Assembly (NCBI GenBank): GCA_051294375.1
Contig: CM119270.1
Span: 3,607,957 to 3,671,956 of the forward strand
Length of the DNA: 64,000 nucleotides
Direction of reading: 5' to 3'
Source: Paraspadella gotoi
Taxonomy: Eukaryota; Animalia; Chaetognatha
Part shown: positions 37,958-51,818 of the stretch, piece after piece
Layout: every line of letters starts with the position of its first letter
Numbering within the stretch: the stretch's first letter is position 1
The notes under the pieces: model-generated
What the model saw: the letters and a program-made list of their open reading frames with translations, nothing else
Told to the model about the DNA's origin: nothing
The model's database searches: none
Program-made: the position numbers and the translations under genes

Positions 37958-38649
37958 CACCGTGACTTTCGGTGCCAAGAGACGCAATACATATGCAAAG
38001 AACTCGACTCGTGTCGGCGAGAGGCGAAAAAAAAAGTCCGAAGGTTGAATTCTGCGGCGGGAATTTAAAAAAAGAAAAAAAAAAAAAGAAAGTTGACAAT
38101 TGACCCAACCTTTTAGCGGTATGTGGGCGGTGGAAAATGTGGGAGATTGAGGTGGTTCGGGTGGTTTGGGTAAGGTGGTACGTGGGGTTAAGTGGGCGGG
38201 TGGTTTCGGAGAAAAGAGGCGTGTCGGCGAACATAGCGACCCGTACTCGTGGGTGGAACCATCTTGACCGTGTCGGTGGAATCGCCATTGAATGCCTCGG
38301 ACCGACTATATGCAACATAATTTTGTATTGGTGGGCGTTCGGACTTGTTTAAAAACCGAGTCGTTTTGTTCTACGCCCCGCATTGCATTGCGTTGGGTTA
38401 CTTGCCCGTTTGCTTGCCCATTTTCTTTGGTGCACAAACGGACGCCCGTCGTAAAATACTCAAACGATGCGTTCGCCGTTCGGTCCGTCGGTCCAGTCGG
38501 TCGTCGTCCGTCCGGTCCGTCGGTCCGTCGGTCCGTCGGTTCCCGTCGGTCCGCGTCGGTCTCGGTCTCGGTTCGTTAAAATAAATTCCTCGTAAAATCG
38601 AATCAATTCTTCAAAAAGCTTTTTTTTTTTCTTGTCGTTTCCATTTATC

Positions 38650-38681
<32 letters not shown>

Positions 38682-39332
38682 CTCTCTCTCTCTCTCTTCT
38701 CTCTCTCTTCTCTCATCTCTCTCTCTCTCTCTCTCATCATTGTTCTCTCATTCTATGTCGCCATTAGCAGAATCGGCAGCAAAGATCTTTCCCCTCTCTC
38801 CCATTTTAATCTCAGCAACATCAAAATTTTTTCAAATATATTTTTTTTCTTTTCACATTATTTTGAGTTATTCTTTTTCTAATGAAAATTTGTACATTTA
38901 TTCATAAATGTCTATTGAACTCCGCGCTCTGAGAAATACTAAACGTATTGTCCTGCGTCTATTTTGTCAACCTTACTTTTTCCTCCACTGCTTTAAATCT
39001 TAAATGCTCAATCATGCTGCTTTATGCTCGAATACTCATATGCTTCATCTCCCATCTCCCATCTTAAAACAATATCCTCTTCTCACAGTTCCGCTCTTCA
39101 CAAATTCCTTTTCAACTGCTCCCTCGTCTCTCTCTCTCTCTCCCTCTCATCTCTCTCTCTTCTCCCCGATGCTCCTCTCTCGCTCTACGGATCTCTCCTT
39201 CCTCTTCGTCCCTCTCTCGTCCAACCTCGTTCTCTCTCTCTCACCTCTCCTCGTGTACCGCCCTCGTCTCTCTCTCTCTCTTCTCTCTCCTCTCTCCTCA
39301 CGCCCCGTCCCCCTATCAATCTCTCTTCCCCG
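35091..39332 (+). repeat. Indel-rich direct copy 2 of 31157-35088 (plus a short extension); contains a truncated, frameshifted copy of the 227-aa ORF at 35091-35417
   Basis: Colinear with 31157-35088 throughout. It starts abruptly mid-ORF and ends at a 25-N gap. Confidence 0.9.
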
Positions 39333-42044
39333 NNNNNNNNNNNNNNNNNNNNNNNNNCCCGCCTCCAAATCTCGGCTTCAAGCAAACAGAACGAGCCTCC
39401 CCGTTTCGCATCAACTTCAAAGATGTAAATTTGTTTTCACGAAAAGTGAAAAATTCACGAAACAGCCTTTGTAGCTCGTGATTTATTCCCTGGTCGGACT
39501 ACTGGTAAATCACTATCACTCGCCATGATTTACTAATGCTTCAACAACCACTCAATTATTTTAGTTTCAATTTTGCAAAAACCGACCCCAAAATTAGGTA
39601 ACAATAAATCTGAACTTAATGTACCTTTTTCCCCTCCAGCCAACAGATTTCGTGTTTATCTCCTAAGAAGCAAACGACGTCACCGAATTAAGAAACCGTA
39701 AGTTTGCCAAAAGTTAAGCTGGTTTATCCGAGGCGTGGGCGAAGCGCAGTTTTCTTGAAAAAGCCACCGCCTATGATATTGTATTCTTAAATGGCCATAT
39801 ATGGAGGTTTAAAAAAAAACATATATTCGCTGCGGATTTCTACGTGTTAAGTTTAACTTCGTATTAAAAAATAGTTCTCTGTTAATTGATACATTGCAAC
39901 AGGAACTAAAACTTTGCATTAGCAAAGGTCTTGCAGTAATACAGAGTACTTTGAAGCAGCCTTTGCCGCGCTAACAAAGTCTTTTCAAAGGCTTCAACAG
40001 CGAGAAGCGAGTCTCCCAATTAGTCCTCGCAGCGGGCGGGCTCCAAAAGCGATTCTGCATCGACTCTTATTCCTGCGCCGTTGATGAAGATAAATGCAGT
40101 GAAAACGTCGTACGACGTGAGAAGATTTGCATGAGACTTTTACAGTCTTGGAAAAGAGAGAGAGAGAGAGAGAGCGAGAGAGGGAGAGAGAGAGAGAGAG
40201 ATCGGGATCGAGTGAAAAATGGCCTTGGCGCCAAACGCCCGCTTCTCTCTCTAGGTTTTTTTTTCCCCGCGCCCACTTCCGAGGGAAAGATGGGGCGAAA
40301 CGACGACGACGACGACGACTAAGACGACGATGATAATGGCGTCGATAACGATGACGACTATCGCCTTGATGAAGACAAAGAAAGAAGAGGTTGACTCTTA
40401 AAATAAACGAATAGACAGGAGAGCGTCCACCTCACCAATAATGATAACAACAACAATAACAAACATGCAAAAATCAGCAATAAACATCGTATCTATAGCA
40501 TTGAAATCCACCTTTTTGTGGTTTTTATTTGGCGCCACTTTTTTCGGCCTTCTCTTTTACGCCTGCGACGCCGTAGAAAGACTGAACGACGATGACGATG
40601 ACGACGAACGAAGAAGACGACGATGACGACAACAGCGCCGCATCGGACCCAGGCGATGGTGCCGACTTTCGTAATTGCGTGCCTTTTTTGTTAAAAACGT
40701 TAATAACCTGTTGTACACAACTCCCATTTGTGATTTTTCCCCGTCTTAATTGCCTTTGGTTTCGCTCTTGCATTTCTCCTTGTTCTGTTTTTCTCTCCTC
40801 TCTCTCTCTCCTCTCTCTCTCTCCTCTCTCTTTCTCGTCAGCTTGCGAATGAGTTTATAGATTTGAACAGAATTAATAAAAAATCGGTCAATAAAAAAAT
40901 GGAGAAAAAGAAAAGAAAAACTAAAATAAAATTAAAAGGAATTTAAGGATCGAGATTTCGTCTTTGTCTTCTTCCTCCCTTGGTTTTTTTTTTTTCCGAA
41001 ATTTTTCCCTTTTTTTTTTTTTTGTGGGTCAAAGTCATTATCATCGGAGCGAGAATTTTTTTTGAACTTCCGGCCTCAATTTCAAAAAGGGCGGTTCGAG
41101 CGCTCACTCACATCATTCATATCATTCTTTTCATTCATTGTTTTGCATTCGAATCATTCACTTTCTTTCCCTCCTCTCCCGAGCGTTGACAGAGTCTATA
41201 TATCTAATCTTTGTTCGTCTTCACTCAAAGATAACTCAAAACAAGAACTGATTTGTTTTCCGGAAAGGGTTATAATTTTTAGGAAGAAAGGGAAGTAGAA
41301 AGGGAGAATATCAAATGGACGTCAGTAGAATGAACACATTTCTCCCTTCTTTTTATATGTTTATTGTCTTATAAATTATTTTAACGAGAATATTTGCGAT
41401 ATATAAGTAAACCCATACACAGAACGCGATCATACAAAACGCGCGCATAGTTCGAAGCTGTAATGTGAAATAGCGGCGAAATAACTTACGTAGTAGAGTC
41501 AAAAATTTGATCTCAAAAGAGCATAACTATTACAAAGATTTACATATCCAATTCCCGAAGAGTAAGAAATTTGTACGCAACGTTTAACTTTTTCCACGTT
41601 TTGTCGACGTTGTTCACATGCTGCAAATATGATTTAACATTTTTTCCATATTTTTCAATACCTTTTTTTTTTCTTATTTTTTTCTCCAAAGTTCTTTTCT
41701 CCAAATTTAGTGGATTTATATTGAAAGTTTATATCAAAAAGTTCAATTTACAAATTGTATAAAAGTGTTGAATATAGATAAACACGCAATTGTAATCTTT
41801 TGAAATTTAAAAAAGTTTTCGCCAATCCATAAACCTCCGTTCGTCAAGTTTCGGCCTAAACTTAAAAGAGAAATAAAATCCGATTTCGCCCATAAAAGGA
41901 ATTCCCTACTTTCGTTAAGTGTGTGCGAACGAATTAAAAGATTAAACATTAAACAAGAAATAATAATGAATCCAGTTTTTTATCGAGGGCCAGGACAGGC
42001 TTCGCCTGGTCCCTGGCTCTATATATGTTTTAGGCATTGCTTTC

Positions 42045-42080
42045 TCGTCGTCCGTCGCGTCGTCGTCCGTCGTCGTCGTA

Positions 42081-42117
<37 letters not shown>

Positions 42118-42133
42118 CGTCGTCGTGACGTCG

Positions 42134-42177
<44 letters not shown>

Positions 42178-42226
42178 CGTCGTCGTCGTCGTCCGTCGTC
42201 GTTCGTCGTCGTCGTCGTCGTCGTCT

Positions 42227-42291
<65 letters not shown>

Positions 42292-42380
42292 TCGTCGTCG
42301 TCAGTCGATCGTCGTCGTCGTACGTCGTCCCCGTCGTCGTCGTCGTCGTCGTCGTCCGTCGTCGTCGTCATCGTCATCGT
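42045..42380. repeat. Long (GTC)n microsatellite
   Basis: About 330 bp of gtc repeats with occasional single-base indels. Confidence 0.95.
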
Positions 42381-42984
42381 GGACTGTTTCGTTTTACTAT
42401 AAAAAGTACTGCACGCTTTATATAGGTTTGGTCTGTGACCTATACCGTTTTTTTAAATAAAAATTCATTACATAAATTATGATAAGAGTTTTACAAAAGT
42501 GTGCAATCATAGTAAGTTAAAAATTTAAGTATATGGCTTCTCAATTTAAAAATAGCTTTGATATTTTCTCATTACATTTGGATTTTAGAGTATTTTTTGT
42601 TTTGAATTTCCCACTTCATTATGATTTACTGCAATATGCAAATGAAGATATAGTCCATTATATTATCCAAATTAGTAATACTACGAAAATGCTTTAATTC
42701 TAATTTAACATATTGCAGTATAATAATATTGAACGAATGAGAATTCAAAAATTTTTTTTAATTTCTAAATAAAACATAGGGACTCAAAGGATTTTTTTTA
42801 TGAGAAGGTATATCTTATTTTAATACAAATAACAAATAAAAATCCTTTTACAAGCTGCGAATTGGAAAAAAATTGAAAAATTTCCATTGTTAAACCATTG
42901 TAACATTTTTTTGCCTTTCTTTATATAAATTAAAAAACGAGTCAGTCTCTCTTCTGTCTTCTTTGTGTGCGTCAAGTCTCTCTT

Positions 42985-43176
42985 GTCGAATCTCTTGCGT
43001 GATCGTGTTGTTTTTTGGAAAAAAATTCTGAGTTATTTTTTTCTTTGCTAAAAAACGATAATATATTTAATCAGAGCGCTGCCTTTTTTTTTTCCTTTTG
43101 AAAATCCCCCCCGTTTTAAAAAAAAAAACGAGTTCAGGCTCTCTCTCTGATCTCTGCCCTCACGTTCCCTCCGTCT

Positions 43177-43213
<37 letters not shown>

Positions 43214-44635
43214 TTTTCTTTCCTATATTACGCGCCCATTTATCCGCGCCTTTTTTCTCAATAAACCTTGCCCTTTTCTTGATTCGTAAAAATGATTTCA
43301 GGGTCTCTCTCAGTCTCCTCTCAGTCTCTCTTCAGTCTCTTCTCCTGTAGCCGGATCTCACTGCGTGAATCGTTCATACTTTTTGAAAAAGTCTGATCTT
43401 TCTAAAAAAATTTTTTTTTAATCAGGCGCAGCACCTTTTTCCTAATCGTATAAAAAAACGAGTGTCAGGCTCTCCCTCTCTCTCCTCATCTCTCTCTCAT
43501 CTGTGGTCAATCGATCTCTCTCTCTCTCTCTGCTATGCTGGTCTTCTATCCCTTCTCTCTCGTCGTCTCTCCTCTGTCTCTCCTCGTCTCTTTACGGTCT
43601 CTTGCGTGATCGTTGTTTTCATTTAATTTTTTTGTTCCTTCTAAAACTTTTATTATCTGCCATTTATATGGCGCTTTTTTTCTTCAATACAAAATCCCAA
43701 ATTTTTACATGCCGAGATTTTTGTAGAATACATTCTAAAAAAAGTGTAAAAATATGTTATACATGACATTGTCACATGTGCATTCAGAGCTAATGAGACG
43801 AGGTAAGGCGATACCTTTGCCTATATATCCCGCATTGGCGCGCAATAATGTATCATGTATGTATCATGTAGCATGTATCAATGTCTCAGTCCTGGTTTTC
43901 TTCCTAAAAAAAGAAACAATCTAAAATTTCATTGAAGATTAAAGAATTTTATTAAATGAGGAAATAAAAATTTTTTTGATAAGTAAAAAAAATATTTGGA
44001 AAGTCAAAAATATCATATTCGTTACTGACGTATTTTCAACTATATATTTTGTTTAATAGGGATTATAAATTTTTGACTTTTTTATTATTGAAAATAGTTT
44101 AGCTTTATCGCTACAAGTTTTCTTTCATACAATCAAAATATCAAGTCATCTTCATTTTCAATAATATGGCAAATAGTTTAAGGTTTTTCAAACTCAATTT
44201 TGAACTAGATGAACAAAGTTATCAGTCGCTTTATGCTTAATCACACACTAACAAAACAATTTTATTTCCTATCAGTTCTAAATATTTGTTTGCAACTCGT
44301 CGTCTCTGTCTCACTCTCTCTCGTGTCTCTACTCTCTCCTGTGTGGTCTTTTCTCTCTCTGTGTGTCTCTGGTCTCTCCTCATCTCCTGTGTCTGTCTCT
44401 CTCTGTATGATCTCTTGCGTGATCACGTTTCGTTTTTTGAAAAATTCTGATTATTTTTTTTCCTTCGAAAAAACCTTTTATTATCGGCCATTTAGTTCCG
44501 GGCGCTTTTTTTCAATACAAAATCCGCAAATTTATATCTGAGATTTTCGTGATTTTTTGAGAAAAATGTGTAGAATATTAACTTACTTGACCTGGATTTC
44601 GTGGCCATTGCAGGGCAATGAGTAAAGCAATGTCA
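42985..44635 (+). repeat. Four local copies of a short repeat beginning TCTCTTGCGTGATCG, each after a CT-rich tract
   Basis: Copies near 42990, 43355, 43598 and 44410 share the ctcttgcgtgatc-like start. The last two also share ggcgcttttt, ttcaatacaaaatcc and gagatttt. Confidence 0.6.
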
Positions 44636-44882
44636 AGGAACATGACCTAAAACGCGTTTTGATTGGCAACTGGAAACGTTACAGTGTATAAAAGGATCAA
44701 CTGAACCGAGTCACGCGTGGGGACGGCAGCCGCCGCCGTTGCGATGAACGGAATAAACCGATATAATTGGGGAGCGAAATTCGGTCTTTTTTTTCTCTTT
44801 TTATTTCTCTCAATCTCCATCTCTCTCTCTCTCATCTTTCTCTCTCCTCTCTCATCTCTCTCCATCTGATTAGCTCCGCGCT

Positions 44883-47800
44883 TACATCCATGACAATTGA
44901 ATGATTATTATAAATTGGTGAGTCTGTTAAATGTTTGTAGCCGAAAATCCGTCCCTGTTAAATAAATGTGGTTGAGGTTGGTTATACTTAGGTTAATATT
45001 TCGCGATGCATTACTCCTGAAAAAGTAAGTTTGGCTTTTGCCCTATTGTTTTTGTCTCCTATGAAGCCAGCTTCGCCGCCATTTGCCCCTTTGATGAATG
45101 AATATTTTTTTCACAAACTTTTAAATCTTTCTTCTTCCAGTTATCCGTATTTAGTAGAGAATCCTTTCTGAATCGGTTCATGTTTTATCATGAAGAAGGC
45201 GACATTGTCCTTCATTAAAGGTGAAATGTGATCGAAGAATGAAAGAGTCGAGAGGCGAAATCTCGTGAAGGAGTCGCGATCGGAGTTTTCCTCGAGTCGA
45301 CGGGAACATCGCCGCAACAAACGCATGAAAGATTGTGGGTGGCATGGAGGCTTGCGCGCGCCCTTGACGTTAAGATTTGCGGAAATTGCGGCGCCGAGGA
45401 CCAGCGTCGCGCGAACCGTTGTGCGGCGCGGAAGTAATGCGACGCCGGTTGTATGGGTCGGAACGAGTGATGCTCCCCGCGTCTCCTCCTGCAGCGATCG
45501 CCCGCGCTGACGGCCGCCATTTCGATTAGATTTGAAGGATCTCGGTTCAAAAGAGCGGTTGCTGCTGCGATGCGCCACGGGCCTTGGCAACGCCGGGGTG
45601 GGCGACGGCGGACGGAGTGGCGAAGCTAACCTAGCTTTTTCGGCACGGGACATAAGGATGCTAGATCGAAGTCCCAACAACGGCACAAGGTTCGAGAGGG
45701 CGTTGTTGAGACTCTGCTTTCGCATGATTTGTATTTAAGAAATTTAAACAATAGATTTAGCAGGTATAATTTAAAACAGTTTTTTTATAAATATTGTTTG
45801 AAGAGAATTAGGGTGCAGTTATTAAATGGAGATGCTACGTAGGTTGATTAATTTAATTTAATTTTGTAGCTGACTTTATTTAGTTATTTCTAGAATTTCG
45901 ATAAACTAATGGGAAATAGAACACGTTCTGTTTTGTGATGCGAAAGCGTTAAATGAAAAGCGAGCGAGTCTTTCGTCGCATTGCGCCTCCTCTTTTCCTC
46001 TCCTCACTCTTACCCGATTGGCTTCTCGAGTTTTCCCCTAGACCAATGATGGCAGTTACCTTACTTTGAGACGACTTACGATCGCTCTCTCTCTCCTGCT
46101 TCCTTTCTCTCTTTCTCCGTTCCGGTCAATCCAGCGCGGTCACTTGCCCTCAGCTTTGGCAATGACGCTTAGACTGACCTTACAAATCAATAGGTCCGAG
46201 GGAGACTGATAAGCATTTTGGTGACCCTCGCGTCCGGTCACGTTTTCCCTGGTCATATAGTTGACCTTTTTCGGACCAGCCTTTCACCGTCATTGTCCGC
46301 TTTTTTTTTACACGAAAACCTCGTCTTTTGTTATTCGATCATAATCGTTTCTCTCGGAAAAGGTTGGTGCCGAATGGAACCGGTAGTTTTTTTACGGACA
46401 TTGATTTCGCCCATTTATTTATTCTGTTCAATAATAAATTTATGCACGATTTATCAAGATTTATTCGACATTTACGGTCATTTGAGAAGATTTAGAAAAA
46501 CCTGCTCCATGTAAAGCCTAGTTCAATCTACAGCCGACAATCGAACGCGCGACGCTCGAGGCCTAGAAAATAATAGACATTTTTCTAGCAAGAGTAAAAT
46601 CACGTTACCCAGTCACGCGGAATCCCCGTTCAAAATGTTATAATAATTTAATAATTGAATATTTAATTTCTATTGTTTGTACCAATTTTCCCATATATTT
46701 TTTTTGGCTCGTTTTGCGACTAATACTTGAAAGATTTTCCTCTCAAAATTAAATAAGAATAATTTATCTTTTATGAATCAATTTTATTTTGGACTTTTCA
46801 CTTTTATTTCTACGTGCACGACATGACGTAAAACATGAACGTGACATGACTAAATGACATGACTACAATAATTTCTTAGACCGTCTAGTGTCTAAATGTG
46901 TATCTATGACCCGCAATGCATAAGGAATTCTGCGTCTTTTATTCTTATAGTTTTTAGGATTTCCTGAAGGCGGACGCGAGCAGTCACTTAAATTTTGAGA
47001 TTTTTCCTTCTTAAGCGAGTTATGAGCATTTACATAAGTCCGGACAGACGCGACGGAAAAGACATACCGACAGGGCACCGACACGACGGAAGAACATACC
47101 GACCGACCGTACAAGACGAAGTTGAATGACGGGAGGTGCAACTCCTCAAAGGTTGAGGTGGGGAGCTTTAAAAAGGTGGGTTAGGAAAAGGGAGGGTGGA
47201 AAATGGAGTCGGAAAAGGGAAGGGTGGAAAATGGGAGAGTGAAAAATAGGGTTGATGGAAAAGGGACAGTGGAAAATAGGGTGTGGAAAGGGATAGTGGA
47301 AATATGTAAAAGTTGGCTGTGGGGTATAACAAAAGTGTGGAAAAGGTGGTGTGGAAAATTGGGTTGTGGGGTAATTCAGTGTGGGCGTGTGGAAATGGGG
47401 AGTCTTGGGTGTTGGAAAATCAGGTAGGGGGTGTGGAAAAACCAGGACACAAAAGATGTGCGCGCCCGAAAAAGTAGGCGTGGCCGAAGGGAGGAAAGGA
47501 AAATCTCGGCGAGGAATTATACGAGGCGGAAGGATGGCGCTCATATAGAGTAGCGGAGGCTCTAGAAAGGAGCTTTACTGGCAAAATTTGCTCCCTGGGA
47601 CAACAAGAATATAGGAGGGCGAATTATGAGGAATATAAAGTCAGGTCGGAAACTGAGGAAAAGGGGGCGTGGCTCACAGCGTTGGACCCTGGGAAGAAAT
47701 GGCGAGGAATTTGAAGACGAAAAAAAAAGTACAACCGAGAGTAAAATAATTGAATTGGATCACGCAGGGATTCGTAATGATAAATAAATGACATTTGGCA

Positions 47801-48219
47801 TGTTTTTGAGAATGTGATTTAATTATTGGTGTTATATATTATTATCAATTTTAATGATATTTACTATAGATGAACGAATGAAGTTATAAACGTATTTTCA
47901 TTTGTCCAATCCAGAGGGGGGAAAAACTTTTTTTCATCTTTCTTAAATATGATCTATATAAAGATTAAATGACTAAATCAATAATAATAAATAAAATAAT
48001 AAAATATTATTTTAAGTTTTATTTTTAAGAAAAAGGTTTTTAAAAAAAACTTTGACGCCAAAGAGGAACGATTATGCGGACGGAAAATAACGTGGCGGGG
48101 ATTATATAGCCGGGGATTAAAAATGGGATTTGGATAAAGGGGACTGGGAGGGGTAAGGAAGAGAGAGGGGTTTAGGTATAACCTACACGGGAGAGGGAGA
48201 GAGAGAGAGAGAGAGGAGA

Positions 48220-48268
<49 letters not shown>

Positions 48269-49030
48269 CACCAGTGACTTTCGGTGCCAAGAGACGCAAT
48301 ACATATGCAAAGAACTCGACTCAGTGTCGGCGAGAGGCGAAAAAAAAAAGTCCGAAGGTTGAATTCTGACGGCGGGAATTTATAAAAAGAAAAAAAGAAA
48401 AGAAGTTGAACAATTGGACCCAGACCTTTAGCGGTATGTGGGCGGGTGGAAAATGGGGAGATTGAGGTTGGTTCGGGTGGTTTGGAGTAAGGTGGTATCG
48501 TGGGGTTAAGTGGGGCGGGTGGTTTCGGAGAAAGAGCGTGTCGGAAACATTATGCGACCCGTACTCGTGGGTGGAACCAGGTTGACCGTGTCGTGGAATC
48601 GCCATTGACATGCCAATCGATCCGACTATATGCAACATAATTTTGTATTGGTGGGCGCTCGTCGGACTTGTTTAAAAACCGAGTCGTTTTGTTGCAATAC
48701 GCCCCGCATTGCAATTGGCGTTGGTTACTTGCCCGTTTTGCTTGCCATTTTCTTTGGTGCACAAACGGTACCGCCCCGTCGTAAAATACTCAAACGATGC
48801 GTTCGCCGTTCGGTCCGTCGGTCCGTCGGTCGTCGTCCGTCCGGTCCGTCGGTCCGTCGTTCGTCGGTCGTCGGAAAATCTCGTCGTCGGTCTCGGTCGT
48901 TCGGTTGTCGTTAAAATAAATTCGCTCGTAAAATCGAATGCAATTCTTCAAAAGCTTTTTTTTTTTCTTGTCGTTTCATTTATCCTCTCTCTGCTCTCTC
49001 TCTCCTTCGATTCTCTCTCTCCTCTCTCTG

Positions 49031-49075
<45 letters not shown>

Positions 49076-50827
49076 ATTGTCTCGTCTCATTCTAATGTTC
49101 GCCATTAGCAGAATCGGCAGCAAAGATCTTTTCCACCTCTCCTCCCATTTTAATCTCAGCAACATAAAATTCTTTATCCAAAATATATTTTTTTTTTTTC
49201 ACATTATTGTTGAGTTATTCTTTTTTATGAAATTTGTACATTTATTCATAAATGTCCTATTGAACTCCCGCCTCTGAGAAATACTAAACGTATTGTCCTG
49301 CGTCTATTTTGTCAACCTACTTTTTCTCCAACTGCTTAAATCTTAAATGCTCATATGCTGCTTTATGCTCGAATACTCATATGCTCTTCATCTCCCATCT
49401 CCCCATCTTAAACAATCCTCTTCCACAGTTCCGCTCATATCACAAATTCCTTTTCAACTGGCTCCTCGTCTCTCTCTCTCTCTCTCTCTCTATCCTCTTC
49501 TCTCTTGCTCCCCAGGTATGCCAGCTCTCTCGCTCATCGCGGCTCCTCTCGTCTTCTCTCTCGTCCTCTCCTGTCCAACCTCGTTCTCTCTCTCTCCCTC
49601 TCCTCGTCCGTCCGCCTCGTCTCTCGTCTCTCCTCTCCTTTCTCTCCTCTCTCCTCACGCCCCGTCCGCCCTATCATCTCTCCTTCCCCGTTCCATCTCG
49701 GTTCAAGCAAACAAGAACGAGCCTCCCGTTTCGGCATCAAACTTCAAAAGATGTAAATTTTTTTTCCAGCGAAAAGTGAAAAAATTCAGAATACAGCCTT
49801 TGTAGCTCGTGATTATATTCCCTGGTCGGACTACTGGGTAAATCAACTATCACTCGCCCATGATCTTACTAATGCTTTCAACAACCACTCAATTATTTAC
49901 TTATTTCAATTGAGCGCAAACACACGCACCCCCAATTTAGGTACATAAATCTGAACTTTAGTGGTACTCTTTTCCCCCTCGCAGCCAACAGATTCTCGTG
50001 TTTATCTCCTAAGAGCAAACGACGTCACCGAGATTCAAGAAACCTTAAGTTTGCCAATAAGTTAAGCTGGTTTTTTTCCGAGGCGTGGGCGAGCGCAGTT
50101 TTCTTTGAAAAAGCTCATCCGCCTATGATATTGTATTCTTATAATGGCCATATATGGAGGTTTAAAAAAAAAAACATATTATTCGCTGGCGGATTTCTAC
50201 GTGTTAAGTTAACCTTCGTATTAACAAATAGTTCTCTGTTTAATTGATACATTGCAACAGGAATAAAACTTTGCATTAGCAAAAGGTCTTGCAGTTGATC
50301 AGAGTACTTTGAAGCAGCCTTTGCCGGCGCTAACTACAAGTCTTTTCAAAGGCTTTCAACAAAGCGAGAAGCGAGTCTCCCCAAATTAGTCCTTCGCAGC
50401 GGGCGGGACTCTCAAAAGCGATTCTGCATCGATCTCTATTCCTGCGCCGTATGATGGAAGATAAACTGGCAGTGAAAACGTTCGTACGACGTGCAGAAAT
50501 TTGCATGAGACTTTACGAGTCTTGGAAAAGATGAGAGAGAGAAGAGGAAGCGAGAGAGGTAGAGAGAGAGAGAGAGATCGGGATCGAGTGAAAAATGGCC
50601 TTGGCGCCCAAACGCCGCTTCTCTCTCTAAGGTTTTTTTTTTCCCCGCGCCCGACTTCCGAGGGAAGATGGGGCGAAACGACGACGACCGACGACGAATA
50701 AGACGACGATGATAATGGCTCGATAAACGACTGACGACTATCGCCTTGATGAAGACAAAGAAAGAGAGGTCGACTCTTAAAATAAACGCAATAGACAGGA
50801 GAGCGTTCGCACATCACCAATAATGAT
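44883..50827 (+). repeat. Indel-rich direct copy 3 of 30679-35088 + 39140-40445
   Basis: Colinear homology from tacatc (44883 vs 30679) to caccaataatgat (50827 vs ~40445). It ends at a 25-N gap. Confidence 0.9.
45011..45725 (-). pseudogene. Frameshifted full-length copy of the 227-aa orphan ORF (pseudogene or sequencing-error copy)
   Basis: Peptide pieces SFEPRSF, NLIEMAAVSAGD, ISANLNV, TPSRDFASRLFHS and DNVAFFMI are spread over different frames. Confidence 0.7.
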
Positions 50828-51647
50828 NNNNNNNNNNNNNNNNNNNNNNNNNACAACAACAACAACAACGACGAAAATAACGACGACGACGTCGATAAAG
50901 TGAACGATAACGAGGTGGATGGCCTTAAACTTCGGACGCCTTGAGAGAGAGTGGGAAAGGGTGAGGGAGAGAGAGAGAGGGAGAGGGAGAGGAAGAGAGA
51001 GACAGAAAGAAAGAAAAAAACAGAAAGAATAAGAAAGAAAGAAAGAGGAAAGAAAGAAGAGAATGAAAGAAAGGAAAAGAAAGAAAGAAAGAAAGAAAGA
51101 AGAAAAAAAAATATAGAAAGAAGCGAGGAGTGAGAGAGAGTGTCAGTGAGAGAGAGCAGAGCGGAGAGAGAGAGAGAGGCGGAATTATTCGTCCCACCAA
51201 GTGACAGCGAAAGGTGAGGAAGGAAGGGGCGAGACCTGCGGAGGGCGTCAGAGGATGTGACGGCGGGCTCAGCAGAGCGGCAAGGGAGCCGCTTTGGATC
51301 AGGGTAAGGCGGCAAGAAAGGGAAAGGTCAGAATGCGGCGCCGAAACACAAAACATACCGAAAAAGAAAAAGCAGAGAGAGAGAGAGAGAGATAGAGAGA
51401 TGAGAGAAGAGAGAGAGAGAGAGAGAGAGTAGAGAGAGAGAGAGAGAACGANNNNNNNNNNNNNNNNNNNNNNNNNNNNNNNNNNNNNNNNNNNNNNNNN
51501 NNNNNNNNNNNNNNNNNNNNNNNNNNNNNNNNNNNNNNNNNNNNNNNNNNNNNNNNNNNNNNNNNNNNNNNNNNNNNNNNNNNNNNNNNNNNNNNNNNNN
51601 NNNNNNNNNNNNNNNNNNNNNNNNNNNNNNNNNNNNNNNNNNNNNNN

Positions 51648-51680
<33 letters not shown>

Positions 51681-51818
51681 AACTTGACTGCGCAGAGAAT
51701 TTGACGTCGGCGCATGAATGGACGGATGGATGAAAGGACAGATGGACGGACGGATGGAAACAAGGACAGATGGATGGATGGATGGATGGATGGNNNNNNN
51801 NNNNNNNNNNNNNNNNNN

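Noticed and set aside
41921-42460. Poly-Ser/Val/Arg ORFs
   Set aside because: They are translations of the (GTC)n microsatellite.
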